Shown here: positions 35,721 through 48,950 of the stretch, piece by piece
How positions within the stretch are numbered: the first letter of the stretch is position 1
How the letters are laid out: each line of letters opens with the position of its first letter
Source of the DNA: Psammoneis japonica
Taxonomy: Eukaryota
DNA: 64,000 bases
Assembly (NCBI GenBank): GCA_008632985.1
Contig: QPGO01000009.1
Coordinates: forward strand, 434,001-498,000
Direction: 5' to 3'
Position numbers and translations under genes: made by a program
The notes under the pieces: model-generated
What the model saw: the letters and a program-made list of their open reading frames with translations, nothing else
Database searches by the model: none
What the model was told of the DNA's origin: nothing

Positions 35721-37006
35721 TCACTCAGACACAAAGTCTTGAAGGCCATCAAAGTTCGCCCACAAGCCACCGATAGGTCCATTCTGCTTGTGATTGATGT
35801 GGGAGATACGAAAGTAAACCATGTACCGGACGTATGGGGACTGGTTGCGCGAAACGCGGTGCGGGAGCTTCTGATGAAGAATGACAGCATCTCCCGGCTC
35901 CAACTTGAGTTGCGTCGACGCTCCAGGTCCAAAGACTGGGCGGTGTCCGTGCCAAGGATCTTCCTCCTCCTCGGGATCATCGTGGCCACCAGAGTTCTTG
36001 CGAGCCTGTACAGCAAGCTTCACCGCCTCATGAACCGTGCTGTGAACGCCTGGAAAGACCGCAAGGTTTCCACAATTCTCAGTGGGCTGAGAGGAAAGAG
36101 CGACTCCGACCAAGAGCTGGAAGGGAGACATATTGGGTTTCGGAATGCCGTCAATATGCCACTGGTCGTCTCTGGGATCGCGTTTCTTGTTGTTGGGGAA
36201 ACGAAGAGCCAGCTGGCCTCCTTTGGGACGCTGGGCCATGCCTGCGCCCAAGAGCTGCTCGCAAGCTCCAAAGAGAGGAGACTTGTAGAGCAAGTCATGA
36301 ATCGCAGGCTGGCGCTTTCCTCTCATGGGATCACGAGGAGTGGCGTCTTGGCTCTCCCAAACCTTACCAAGTAGCCCATTGATGCTCTTGAGGGCATTTT
36401 CAACCAGCGCCTTATCCACCAAGGAAGGAAGATGCAGCATACCGGTTTCCATGAACGCCACACGTGAAGCGTCGCTCAATTCATAAGTCGACTCGATTTC
36501 CATAGGGACTTCGATGTCCTCCTCGTCCTGGGACTGCTCTTGAACATTGCTCCCATCAGTGGGCTCAAGTTTGAGCATCTCGGGATGCTCGACAGCGACC
36601 AACGTGCCTTGATGGACACCCAAGAATACCTGATTGCCCTTGTTGCGATGTCCAATGTTTTGGAGAGTAAAACCATTCTGGGCGTCGCCTCGGATTTTCC
36701 ACTTGGCCCAAGGTCCGCGACGTCCATTGTTCTGTACATACAAAAAAGTATTATTAAAGCAATAGGCAGTCAGCACAGGATTTCAATTACCGCTTGCAAA
36801 AAGAGGAAAAACACCGAACATACCTTGATGCGACGTCCTGGACCGCACCTGAGGTTATGGTTCCCATCGACTCCCAAGAAGATCACATCGTTATTCTTAC
36901 GGGAGGGACGGATGAGATAGCTGGAGCCATCAACGTTAGATACCTTCAAAGGTGTGCCAAGCGGCAACGGCAACCTCTTGCTGTTGTTGTTTGGCTGGTT
37001 CCTCAT
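35721..37006 (-). CDS. Phytanoyl-CoA dioxygenase (PhyH)-family 2OG-Fe(II) oxygenase with N-terminal extension; intron 36732-36823
   Basis: WHIDG (HxD), GNLAVFPG and LEPGDAVILHQKLPH...R motifs, plus an in-frame intron. Start codon uncertain. Confidence 0.75.
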
Positions 37007-37059
37007 GGTGATGCTGAAAAAGTGGCAATTTTTTCATATTCGTGGCCGGTTTAAAGGAA

Positions 37060-39000
37060 AAGGGAAAAAGGAGGGATTCCGACAATTGAACACACACAAT
37101 TTGACCATGCAACCAGGGCCAGAGTTGCACTGGCTTCTTTTGGTCCAGGGTGGTTGCTGCAGGTGCAAAGAGTGGGGCACATTGCAGCTGCAGGAGGGCA
37201 ACAATGTGACTCTGAGTGTGTGCTGCCAAGCTGAGAAGCCCAGCTTGGTTGTGAGCCAAGCCCTGCCAGGCCCTGCTGCCCTGGCTCCACAGCTGCTCCT
37301 CCCAGTGTGTGCATCAATTGTTGAAGGAGCACCACATTGACTCAAAGGCTGTGTTTGGGTGGAACAGAGAGGGAAAGAATGTTGTCCTCTGACTGGTGCT
37401 TGCTTCAGACCCCGCATCATGAGCACAAGCTCCTCTTGAGAAATGAGTGAGAGACACTTCACACAGTCATTTTTGGTGCCTCTCTTTGGCTGCCCACTTG
37501 GCATTGCCAACAAACTCTTGAACCCAACCTCACTCACAATTTCTTCACCCTTCAACCACAAAAGCAGGCTCAACTTTTTGTTGGCTTTTTTGTGGCCAGG
37601 GATCACTGTTGCAGGCACAAATGGTGGGCACATGCCACGTGGCTCTGCTTGGCAACAATGTGATGCCAAGCAAGCATGTGCCACCCACCAAGGAGCCAAG
37701 CAGCCCAGCTCAGCTTTGAATGGAGCTCCAGGACAGCAGCCAGCTCTCAGTGCTTCCAGCATGGCTTGCTTGCTCAAGCTGTGCTGCATTCACCCCACAA
37801 TGCTCTGTGTTGTGGTGGCTTGTTGCAAGCCATGAGGAGTCTGCAGTTGGCCAGGGGCCCATTTTGTAAAGGCCACACATGTTGTGTGAGGGGCCAGGTG
37901 CAGAGATCTGCAACAATGGCTTTGTGGCTGTTGGCGCCAAGTTGGCATTTGATTGGGAGCCAGTGCTGAGGGGCTGTGAAGTGGCTGTGCTGGGGTTGGG
38001 AGCCCAGCCAGCTCACACTCTCTTGTTGTCACAAATTGCTGTCACAGCTGTCTTTGCATTGCAACCAGCCAGGTGCAGTTGGTCCCAAGCTGGCACTTGA
38101 TTTGGAGTGACTGCCAAGGAACTGTGAAGTGTGGGGTTGGGCAGTCCAGCCAGCTCACACTCTTTGCTGACAGCAGAAAGTGCTGTCGCACCTGTCTTTG
38201 CATTGTGGTGCCAGCCAGGCACACATGGCCAGAGCAGCCTTGGCACATCCTGCTGACAAAACTGGCAAAACAGCAACTCTTGTGGTTGGGCCAGCATGCA
38301 GGCAGTCTGGGCACACCCCTGGGAAGTCAAACAGGAAGGAGGGCTCAGCATTGCCGCCAGTGCCAGAAACATGCTCAGCAGCTTGTCTTGAGAGAGATTC
38401 GAGCCCACACAGCCCCGAGCTGGGTGTCTTGGCTGGCAGGTTGGAAAGCATTCTTGAGCACAGTCTGGTGTGTGGGTGGCACTGTCACCAAGAGAGCTGC
38501 TCTGCAGAGGAAGAGGGAAACAGGCAACAGCATTTTGCAAGAACTGTTTTTTTTTCAATTGTTGGGTGGGATGGGGCAGCATCTGGACTTTGACGGAGCA
38601 TTTGGCGGACAAAGCTTGAGCACAGAGAGCTGTCCACTCAAGCTCCACAAGTGGCACATTCCAAAGGTGACACCACACATGGGCCATTTGTTCATGCATC
38701 AACATGCATCAAGCTGCAAGTCTCACAAAAAACCACCACCAACCTTTCAACCAACCACCATGGAGGAGAGAACAGGGCAAGAGGTTCGAAACAAGAGTGA
38801 TTCGTTGACTCTCTTCTTGTTTCATGCATTCAAGAGCTTCTTGTCCTTCTTGAACATTTGTTGTGCATTGTTGTCTCTTTTAATTCAAGTGCAAAGAGGA
38901 ATCACTTTTCTTGTTTCTTTCTCTTGAGGGGTTGTTGGTTGTTGAGTGATGCAATTTTTGTTGTCACATTTTTGGAAATGTTGGCAAACCCGATCACTGG
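37060..39000. other. TpA- and CpG-depleted hypermutated domain 4 (unidentified relic with internal repeats)
   Basis: Almost no TA or CG. ggggttggg..cagccagctcacactct is repeated at ~37993 and ~38133. Confidence 0.75.
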
Positions 39001-39457
39001 CTTGATTGTCAACCCATTCACCATTTTAAGTCTCCATGGCATAAAATGCCATAAGCCCAGAGCCCTCAATTGTTTCATCAAACGCAGTGCTTTGCACACG
39101 TCCAACATCAACTCGACTCAGTTGAAATCCCAATTTGTGGGCGATGAAAAATCACGAATGTCAAACAAATGGCTACTTTCGACACCAACATCCCCGAGTT
39201 CAATCCAAATGTGACGGTATGCCTTACAGCTTATGACCATGACACATACAAGCATGCTTTATTGTTGTCATCGCGTACTCGTATTGAAAATGCCGATAGA
39301 TCAAAGTTTACGAAAAGGATGGAATACAAATTCATTTGTGTATTCATTAGTGGCATTGGAATAATGACATTAAGGGCAGAAGGGATCTAAAATCCTTATT
39401 CATCATTGACATTTCTGTATTGCTCAGAATTTGAAATCTGACCACTGCCGTTAAGCA

Positions 39458-39590
39458 TTTAGCTTTCTTTTGTGTCGAAGTGTAAATGACACTTAACGAT
39501 TTGCACTAATCATATAGCTGTCTCTGTGTCGAAGTGGAAATGACACTTAACGTTTTACACTATTCATTTAGCTTACTTTGACTCGAAGTC
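39458..39590. repeat. Short tandem repeat (~55 bp, ~2.5 units) in an AT-rich probable element end
   Basis: tgtgtcgaagtg(t/g)aaatgacacttaacg occurs twice, plus a partial unit. Confidence 0.7.
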
Positions 39591-40222
39591 AAATGTCGAG
39601 TTTGGGTTATGGGCTTATCGTTATTCAGCCACGATCATGAAGTCTTTGCCGAAAAAAGTGCTGTTTTTATCTCAAAAGTGAATTGTGTCTCGAAAGTGAA
39701 TTTTTGCTCGAAATGAGAATTGTGAGAAGTGAAAAAGAAGCATTATTGAGTCAAATCCTCGAAAACTTGAAAATGCATCGCTTCACTACTAAAAACAGGG
39801 TTCATTCGAATTCCTTGGGGCAAAACACGATCAAACTTCCGTCTTATTCTTCCGCATCAATGTCATAGCTTGCTTGTTGACGAGATGAAGGCAACGAGGC
39901 ATCAAAGCATGTAGCAGCAACAAGGATCATCGGGGGTAGCATGGACAAGTTTTCAATGGTGGTGACAGACCAAAACCACGAAGAATGAAAGTGTGGAGTG
40001 AGATGTGCAGCAAAGAAATGGAAAAACAACGAGAATCTAGTTGGACCCCCGTGTCGACTCGTGGGCATCTTCTGCTTCCTTTTCTCTTGGTTGCATGGAT
40101 TGAGAGACACTTGAAAAAGAGAAAAGGCTTCTCAGCGGAAATGTTGTTGATGTGCGTGGTGCTCCAGGAGGTGGCTTGAGCTCGTGCCTCATTTTCTTCC
40201 ACCAACGCATGATCACTTTGTT

Positions 40223-43200
40223 CGCGACCGATCTGTTTGGGGGGCAACCGAGCACCCGTGTGATTCTGCTTTTCGCCACCAATCTCTTTGCATGACAATC
40301 GAGTACCTGGAGCGGTTTGAAGAAGGGAAATTTTACAATTTGCTGACATCCTTCTTGCAAGAGGCAAGATTCGGGGTGGAAGAGTGCCGCTCTAGCCACC
40401 AATGATGCCACTGCTTGTGGATCTTCACAAGATCACGGAGAATCCGACATCGTCGAGCGGACCCACCTCTCTGTCCCCAGTGTTCAAAATGCACTGTGTG
40501 GCTTTTATTGCACACTTTTTGAAAATACGAGCATTGATGTTGTGGTCTAGATGGCGCGGCTGGAGGAGCCCTGTGGCAAGTTTGTTGCATTGTGGGAACG
40601 GTTCTCTCTGCCTTGGACAAGGAAGAATCAGCAGATGACGTTTTATGACAAATGCGGTCGCATCGTTTGCCTGTTACTTTGGTGAGAAGAGACTGTTGCA
40701 GCATGTTTTTTTTTGGTTGGATGTTGATGCGATCGCCTTTGCAGCATTGCCAAATGGTTTCCTTTGGGTCAAGACGAGTTTTGGCGAGGAAGTCACTCAA
40801 CTTGCGAGGTTGATGCATGAGGTTATCTTGAGACATCTCTAGACAGACTGTGTGCACACTCTCTGACAAGACATTGCCAGCAGAAAACAACTGCAGCTGC
40901 CAAACAATGATTCAAGAACATTGCCCAAAAGCATCCGATGCCATGGCAGCTGCTGACACCACTTGTCTGCTGCAATCTTTGTCAGTTTTTTTCTTGTCAC
41001 TAGAGATCCCATTGAAAAAAGATCTTTTACAACACAAAAGACAGACAAGAGCTGTTTTAGGACAAGTGCGATCTTGAAGCAGAAGGAGCTAGAACAAAGA
41101 CAAATCGTGTCGCAGGCTCCATCCCTGAACTCACAGTGCCGTGGACCTCCTTCTACATGGAAATCTGTTTGCACGGGACCACTAGCAGTCTCTTTCCCAA
41201 TAGAACAGCTCGGTGAAGATCGATGCAGCATTCCACGAGATGGAAGATCCGAAAGACATCAAGAAAAAATAACATGCAGTGCATGCATGCTCCCAAAAAA
41301 TAAAATGTTCGAAATCTACGTCTGATGTGCGTCCGCAAAGATCTGATGACTAACCAACGCGCGACCACACAACAACAGAATCAAATCAAAGAACGAGAAA
41401 CTTCACCATGACGCTCGCGATCGATTTGCCGCTCGTTTTCGGAAGATTCGGCATGCCAGTACCGTTTCCGACATTTTTGAAAATATCTGATCCCACTAGA
41501 GGATAAGTTGTCGAAACCTGCCAGGCACCGAGAGCACACGAGTCGTGGAAGACCGAGGACTGAGGCTCCGTGGATTTTACGTGCTTCTGGTACACGAACA
41601 ATCCGATGCTGAATTTCCGCTCGCTCTCGATTCGCTCATAATTCTGACAATCAACTCAAACAACACGGCAGTAATGGAGGAGTTGATTGTGTTTCTCTTT
41701 TGACCATGGCGCTCTTTGCAGTGGCCATGGGCGTTCTGCTTGCTGCCGGCTTTTGTCGTTGCAGAGTAAGGTACGTGCGTTCTTATCGTGATCGTGTATC
41801 GTGTTGTTCCTTTTTCTTCTGTATTTCATCCACTCAACTTGCTCTCGCCTTCTTGTACGTACACAGAGACAGAATTATCATTTCACGGTGGTTGTGGGCA
41901 AGAAGCGGATACGTTGAGGTGCTCGTGTCTAGGTTGCGGCACGGCGGTCTGGGATCGGATCTTCAAGACGAGGCGATGTACTGATTGTGGTTTGGGATTG
42001 GATTCACCAAGAAGGACGTTTTGAAAAGTACAGCAGCAATGCGAGGCTACCCATTAGGATTGAGCAGACGTGGCACTCAGTCTCCCAACAACGTTGGAAT
42101 AAGAGACGGCCTCTTGTCAGTTGCTCTACCCGAAGCAGTAGCAAAATCTCGTACTTGACTTGTTGTGGCTTTTGCTGCCATGGGGCGGCGTGAACGTGGA
42201 AGCGGGGTTACTCATTAGGACTTGGATAGACGTGGCACTCAGTCTCGCAACCCGAGACGGCCTCTTGTCAATTATCCTGACTCGAAGCAGTAACGCGAAC
42301 TCGCACACGAATTCACAGTACGGAATGTTAGATTGCGGGGCCACCTATTAGGGCATGAGTAGATGTGAAGGCTTCAGCCTCTCGTCAATTATTCATAGTC
42401 ACGAAGCAGTGGCACAACAACTCGCACACATATCCATTGGTTGGGAGAAGAACGAATTTTGCCGCAAAGGCAAGGTGGACGTTAGACGGGGCTACCCAAT
42501 AGGGCATCGGCGGACCGGGCAATCAGCCTTTACCGATAGTCACGAAGCAGTAGCGCAACACTCGCCAACGTCTTCACCAAGGGGGGCATTACGTCAGTCG
42601 TGGGGTTGCCTAGTAGGGCTACCTGTGTGGTAGTCTCGAAGCAGTAGCTAAAACTCACCAGATGCCCCCACCTGTTCCACCAACAAGTCCTTCCGAAGAG
42701 GTGTTTATGACATCCGGTGACCATGTCAGACCATATGAAGGCTAGTACTCGGAATGTTGATGACACAGTCGGTCCAAGAACTTTGCAATCTATCAGAGAA
42801 ATGCCACCATTCGGTTCGCTTTTACAGCTCAAGAATTCAGGCTCGCAGTATTGTAAGCCGAGGCCGTTTCGGACGTCATCTTGAAACAGAGAGGCAACAT
42901 TGACGAAAGAGAATTCATTGACCACACTCTAATTCAGGCTCGCATTGCTATCATGTAAGTCGTGTCGCTTCGGAAGTCAAGCTTGTTGTTGAAACATTGA
43001 CGGAAGAGAATAGAGCATTCGTTGGGAGCAATCATTTTACAAGGCTCCCACGAAAAAATACAAATCATACCTCTCTAGAGAGACAATAAAAACACGTCTC
43101 AAATAAAAGGAATAGAAAACAGAGTTCCTAAAACGTCCGCTTGCAATTCTTTACAATTTGCAATACCTTAGTACTACTTCTAGCTCGCTCATGCGCATTT

Positions 43201-43310
43201 CTACCGTATGAGGCGGTCGTCAGTCTTTTAAAGCAAGACGGATATCTATGTCGTAGCATATTCTGGCTGTATCCTTTACGTTGCGAAACCGCACGTGCAA
43301 GTTGTGGACT
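40223..43310. repeat. Segmental direct duplication, copy A (~3.1 kb; copy B at 47931-50950)
   Basis: Colinear near-identical sequence, reflected in near-identical ORF pairs such as 41987/49687 and 42160/49860. Confidence 0.95.
42030..42660 (+). pseudogene. Degenerate ankyrin-repeat gene fragment (also in copy B, ~49730-50360)
   Basis: GVNVEA...ALSLATRDGLLSII and SHEAVAQ (twice), with internal repeats agacgtggcactcagtctc and gagacggcctcttgtca. Many frameshifts. Confidence 0.4.
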
Positions 43311-43528
43311 AGTCTAGATTTTTCTCTCAATTGTGGAGGTGGTGCGGGTAGCTTTTGGAAGATTTGAATCTTCTGGCGCGCGAATCATCTCCAATCCTTC
43401 CTTGCGGTTGGCATACCGTATGGTTGACGATTGGCTAGCTAGAATACGTCAAAGAACCGCATGTTTAACCATTGACCTACTACTAATAATAATAATAAAG
43501 AGTTTACTACTTGGCGCTTCTGTAATGA

Positions 43529-43812
43529 TTATAGTCTCGCAAAGATCTCTTCGGGTGTCGCATCCCGTCCTAGCTTTTTGCGATTGGATCCACTCTGATC
43601 AACATATCCGCCCAGCGTTCGAATCAAGTGAGTTCTCTGCTTGTGTTGCAACAAGGCTTCCTCCAAATCCATATACCCCTTTTCAATCAGCATGTCCCTG
43701 ACACGCTCATCCTTGACAAAAGCGTTCTCTTGAAAAAGACCACGAACCGCATTTCTCGCGTCCTGCTCGGGCATGTCCAGATCGTAGATAGCTAAAACGC
43801 GGGGAACCTCTC
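43529..43812 (-). CDS. NDUFA6: Complex I subunit NDUFA6/B14 (LYR family), 3' exon; 5' exon not found
   Basis: REVPRVLAIYDLD...F..N..VKDERV.DMLIEKGYMDLEE.LLQHKQRTHL. A splice acceptor (ctactctag) lies upstream. Confidence 0.75.
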
Positions 43813-44106
43813 TAGAGTAGGTGTGGAGCAAAGCGAGAGGCATGGTTAGCACACGAGACGGCAGTTAGTAGTATTGATTGTTCATCGATTAGGGCTAGAG
43901 TAGATGCTCTCTCGACCTGCTCTAACAAATGAGCAAAGACACTCTCTCGGACTAGACTATCACGGAATCTGGAATCTTCTCCAAAACACACCGACGTCAG
44001 CGAGTGACGAACGAACATTGTCTCCCCGATCTTGTATCTATTAATACCGTATCAAACGACAACATCCACAATAGAGGAACTCACTTTGCAATGCTACGAT
44101 ATAATT

Positions 44107-44829
44107 GAAAAGATTATTCTGTCTTGGATATGCCTTTGGTGGGGTCTGTGAAGAGCAAGTATCATTCATAACACAACTACGGCATGCACCGACGCCTCTC
44201 CTCGCTTTCCGACAATAAAAATACATTTTCCCGTTTGTCTAATCTACTGGACACTAATTGAGTCATATAATAGAATGATAATAGAAAGGTTATACCAAGC
44301 ATATTCTTCTTTTATCTGAAGCTATTGTTTCCTTGTTCTCCATGGTAGCATCATTCTGGATTCTCCTCGGCTGGTCGTGCATCCGTGAGTCGAATGAAGA
44401 CCGTAATCCTCATTTTGTTCAACATCAGGTCGTTCACTAGAAGAATCATGAGCAGAGGAACCACTGGAGGAGTCGCTTGATGGGCTGCAAGTGCTTTTGA
44501 TTTTGACATTGACAAAAGGACCCCGATTCTCCTCGTCAGCACTAGCAGAACTCGCAGGAACGGCATCAGTGCCTTCCTCGGTGGACGTGTCAGCAACAGC
44601 CTTTGCTTGGCATTTCTTGGTGGATCTATTGTGCTTCCTCGTATTTTGGTTGAGCTCTTCCTCTTCTTTTCATGATTCCTCTGCTTCTCGTTGCTTTGGG
44701 ACAGCATGCGCTAGTGGGGAGCTTTATGACTGAAGCTTGCGCATCGCTTGTGTTGATGTTGGACGGTGTGCTCCACATTGCTCTTCACAGACCCCACCAA
44801 AGGCAAATACAAGGCAGCATAATCTTTTC
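44107..44829. mobile_element. MITE/Pack-like element with 52-bp imperfect terminal inverted repeats
   Basis: 44107-44158 is the reverse complement of 44778-44829 (core ttgctcttcacagaccccaccaaaggca) with ~4 mismatches. No clear TSD. Confidence 0.6.
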
Positions 44830-44879
44830 GTAACTATAAATAAGAGAATCGATCAAAGAAGTGTGAGTAAAGAGACGAA

Positions 44880-45480
44880 ATGAATGAAAAAGCATCAAAG
44901 TATGGGTCGGTGTCAGTCAAAAAATGCCGACATGAGACCACACATGTGTGACCGATATTTCTCTCCACAAAACAAACAGACAACATACACAAGACAGGGG
45001 ATGATTTTTGTATCCATAATAAAGAGATAACAGCAATGGTACGCAACAAAGGAGGTGTATTGAACGAATAAACATCAAAGTATGGATCATGTCAATTCCA
45101 TGCTTTTTGATGTTTCTTGTCGATACGAGAGAACGATGTTTCTCGACACAGCCCCCACCCACAGCATGCCCAAGACACAGAAAACTTTTCGTGACTATTG
45201 TGAGTCGATTTTAGCGAAGGGATTCATCAGAGGAAGTGAAATGAACGAATAAACATCCGAGTATGGGTTTTGCCGCTCAGAAATGGCTGAAGACAAAAGC
45301 AAAAAGACCCATCTTTTGATTTCTACACAACCACAACACCGTTTCTCGCCAAACCAAGGACCTCACCTAATAATTCGACCTCCTAAAAGTAATATCCGTG
45401 TCTTTAATGAACGAAAACGACGAAGAATAGCTCAAACAACGCCGAGTATGGGTCGCCGCTGCGTCATCTCCAAAAACGCA
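44880..45480. repeat. Degenerate ~180-bp-period repeat
   Basis: An (a/g)agtatgg core with partly conserved flanks (aaacatc upstream) recurs at ~44892, 45073, 45254 and 45440. Confidence 0.55.
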
Positions 45481-45609
45481 AATCCGACGTTCCGAAAAAA
45501 AGTCTCTCCGCGCTAAATCCCACGGATCGCGCGAAAAGCAATACCGTTCCGAACGGCGATCACTGTAACTCTGCTATATTTATCCTACATAATGTAATAA
45601 AAAGCATTC

Positions 45610-45802
45610 TTTGGTGTGCGACAAATGACCGTGAGCAATTGGCTCACGGAAAGTTGTCGCACACCAAACATTGATTTGTACATGTCTTTTAAGAAATTGT
45701 AACTATGGTATCTTTATCCTCCATAATGTTATAAAAAGAAATATTTGGTGTGCGACAAATGACCGTGAGCAAGTGGCTCACGGAAAGTTGTCGCACACCA
45801 AA
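45610..45802. repeat. Two direct copies of a 59-bp nested palindrome (45610-45668, 45744-45802)
   Basis: tttggtgtgcgacaa...ttgtcgcacaccaaa forms a 15-bp outer stem around ccgtgagc-N5-gctcacgg. Confidence 0.9.
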
Positions 45803-45899
45803 CATTGATTGTGTGTAATCGTTAAGGAATTTGCATTTTTCAACTTTTGTCCTTAACAATTGCATAAAAAGCATTCTTTAATGTGCCCACAACATGACC

Positions 45900-48800
45900 G
45901 TTGAGCTAGCCAGTGCACACAGTGTTGTGGTCCTACAGCAAATGAAGCATTGCTCACTGTCGTGCGCACAGGCAACGGAAAGTTAAAGAAAATGAGGCTG
46001 ACTTTGCTGTGAGCTGTGAGGATTGCGGACCGAAGAAGTTGGGAGATTCGATGTCTGGACTCGAGGTTGTTTCCGCAACTGTTGGTGTGAGAGCATCTGT
46101 TGCTGAGGAAGGTCGAGGAGAAGATGGGGAAATCGAGTGGTGGTCATTGTGGGATGCTCACCAGGCGCTTGGGTTGGGCTTGCTGTCGCCATCCCATTGA
46201 GGAGAACTTCGGGGATGATCCAACGTGTTGTGGGTTCGGTCGGATCAAAATCTGCGGCAGGTTGACTCCCGAACCTGTTGTCGCGTCTGGCTCAAAACTC
46301 TCACAAAGGACATTTTGAAAACGAAACGGAAACTTTCCCAAAATCTTCCGTCTTCCACGATTGCGATGTCGAGTGCCACGGATGTCATCCACAATTTTCC
46401 CACAAGGACAAGCGACAATGGTTCCCAAGAGCAACGCCCACAAATTGGTGAAGAGCAAAGCCAAAAAGATTTCAGAAACAGGATTGAAGGCATTCAGGAC
46501 AAGCAAGAATCGTCAAAAAGCCGCAGAGCGCAGGAGAAAGAAGGAAAGGGAACAGGAGAGCCAAGCAGCCAAGAAGACAGCTGAGCCCAGCGGGAGCCAT
46601 CGGTGGCGTACAAGGAGCACTGCCTGGCAAAAGATGGGCCGGGTTCATGAGGCATCACGCTGATCTAGAAGGCATTCGTCGCCAAAAACATGCTGCTGAG
46701 TTGAAGCAATTGCGAAGCATTCACAAAGAGATGACGATGTCCATGGCGACAAGATGGTCCAGCAACATGTGGAGGAGACCAACAAGCTGTTGCAGCATCA
46801 AGCGGAGGAGCACAGGGACACGCGTGAGAAAGGTGAGGGCGTCCGTGAGCTCTGTGCGAGTTTCGTTGGCTCACCCCCTGACAATCCATCTGTGGTGAGT
46901 CCGCCCGCTTTCAATCAGAATGACAACAATGACGACGAGTTGCCGGAGGAGGGCAAGATTCACGAGTGTGATGTTTCAGATGAAGAGGCGGACATGGACA
47001 ATGAGGAGGAGAGTGTTGTTGAGGTTGACGGAAGCTCTGATTGTCGCCGGAAGAGATGCATCAGTTTGCCTTTGACGGATTGTCGCCGGAAGACATTCAT
47101 CAGTTTGCTGTTGATGGAGGATTTCAGAACAACACATGTCAATTTCAACTGTGATGTGGATGTCTCTACATTTGGCGTCAAGGCTGCCCAAAGCGTTTCA
47201 AGTTGCGCTCCAAATGTCAAGCCCAGCAGCAAATTCTTCAAGATCCTCCGCCAAGTCAAGGACCGCATCCCCCAAGATGTTCCATTGGACCTGCACAACA
47301 TTTGCCTGTGTCGCAACGATCTTCAACACGATTTCAGGTTCAGTGCTTTGGACAACCCGCGCGAGTGCAGGGAAACAGTGATCCGTGTCATGCGCCGTCT
47401 CTGCCCAAACTGGATCTTTTGTCACCGCAACCCCGAAGCGGAACAAATGCGCGGTGAAAGGGACCAACTTCTGAACAAAAGGGAAGGGTTTCTCCATGAA
47501 AGAGAACAAATGTTCGATGACATTGCAAACCTCAAGCAAGAGCTCACCCAATGCCAGGACCATCACGAAGACTGTCATTCGAAGAAGCACCGCGCACGGG
47601 ATCCTGCCATTGAATCCCTGTTTTGCTCCAGTGCACTCGCAACCAACGTCGCGCTGCCATTTGGGAATCCTTTTTGTTGGTTTTATCCAATGACCATCAT
47701 CTTTGCTGTCACTTCCCTGCAACAGAGTGACATTCGACGATCAGCTAGAACCGATGCCTCGAGACCTGCAGCAGCAGCAGCAGCAACGAATCATCCAACA
47801 GTGATCAGGGAACAACAGCAGCAACTCCAAGAGTGTCAACGGCTGCTCTGCTGACATGGAGAGCCTCACTTCTTCGATTCCTCCTCCACTGCAGATCAGC
47901 TCACGCGTCCAACTTGTGATTTGATTGAAACACGACCGATCCATTTGGGGGGCAATCGAGCACCCGTGTGATTCTGTTTTTCGCCACCGATCTCTTTGCA
48001 TGACAATCGAGCACCTGGAGCGGTTTCAAGAAGGGAAATTTTACGACATTTGCTGACATCCTTCTTGCAAGAGGCAAGATTCGGGGCAGAAGAATGCCGT
48101 TCTAGCCATCAATGATGCCACTGCTTGTGGATCTTCAAGATCACGGAGAATCCGAGATCATCGAGTGGACCCACCTCTCTGTCCCCAGCAGCATTCAAAA
48201 TGCACTGTGTGGCTTTTGTCGCGCACTTTTTGAAAATGTGAGCATTGCATTACAGTCTGGATGGCACGGGTGGAAGAGCCCTGTGGCAAGTTTGTTGCAT
48301 TGTGGGAATGGTTCTCTCGGCCTTGGACAAGGAAGAATCAGTGAACAACGTTTTTGTGACAAATGTGGTCGCATCGTTTTCCTGTCACTCAGGTGAGAAG
48401 AGACTGTTTTTGGTTGGATGTTGATGCAATCGCCTTTGCAGTGTCGCCAAACGGTTTCCTTCGGGTCAAGACGAATTTTGATGAGGAAGTCACTCAACTT
48501 ACGAGGTTGACACATGAGGTCATCCTGAGACATCTCTAGATGGACTGTGTGCATGCTCTCTGACAAGTTGCCAGCAGAAAACAACTACAAGCGCAGCTGG
48601 CATTCCACACCAGGCAGGCGACTGCAGCTGCCAAATGATTCAAGAACATTGCCCAAAAGCATCCGATGCCACAGCAGCTGCCAACACCACTTGTCTGCTG
48701 TTGTCTTTGTTGGTCATTTTCTCATCACTAGAGATCCCGTTGAAAAAAGATCTTTTGCAACACAAAAGATGGACAAGAGCTGTTTTGGCCAGGCCAAGTG

Positions 48801-48950
48801 CGATCTTGAAGTAGAAGGAGCTGGGGACAAAGACAAATCGTGTCGCAGGCTCCATCCCTGAACTCACAGCGCTGCGAACTTCCTTCCACATGGAAATCTG
48901 TTTGCACGGGACCACTAGTCTCCTTCCCAATGGAACAGCTCGGTAAAGAT
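45900..48950. other. TpA-depleted, CpG-retaining domain 6 with a long degenerate coiled-coil ORF (46754-47854, +)
   Basis: TA is nearly absent while CG is abundant. The 366-aa ORF has a single Tyr and no recognisable family. Confidence 0.7.

Noticed and set aside
35670..36374. 234-aa plus-strand ORF
   Set aside because: Antisense shadow of the PhyH dioxygenase.
35721..37006. PhyH dioxygenase as the effector of the TA mutagenesis
   Set aside because: It lacks recognisable AlkB/TET features, and adjacency in a eukaryotic genome is not evidence of a functional link.
44880..45802. CRISPR array
   Set aside because: Repeats are degenerate with ~130-180 bp periods, there are no cas genes, and the context is eukaryotic.
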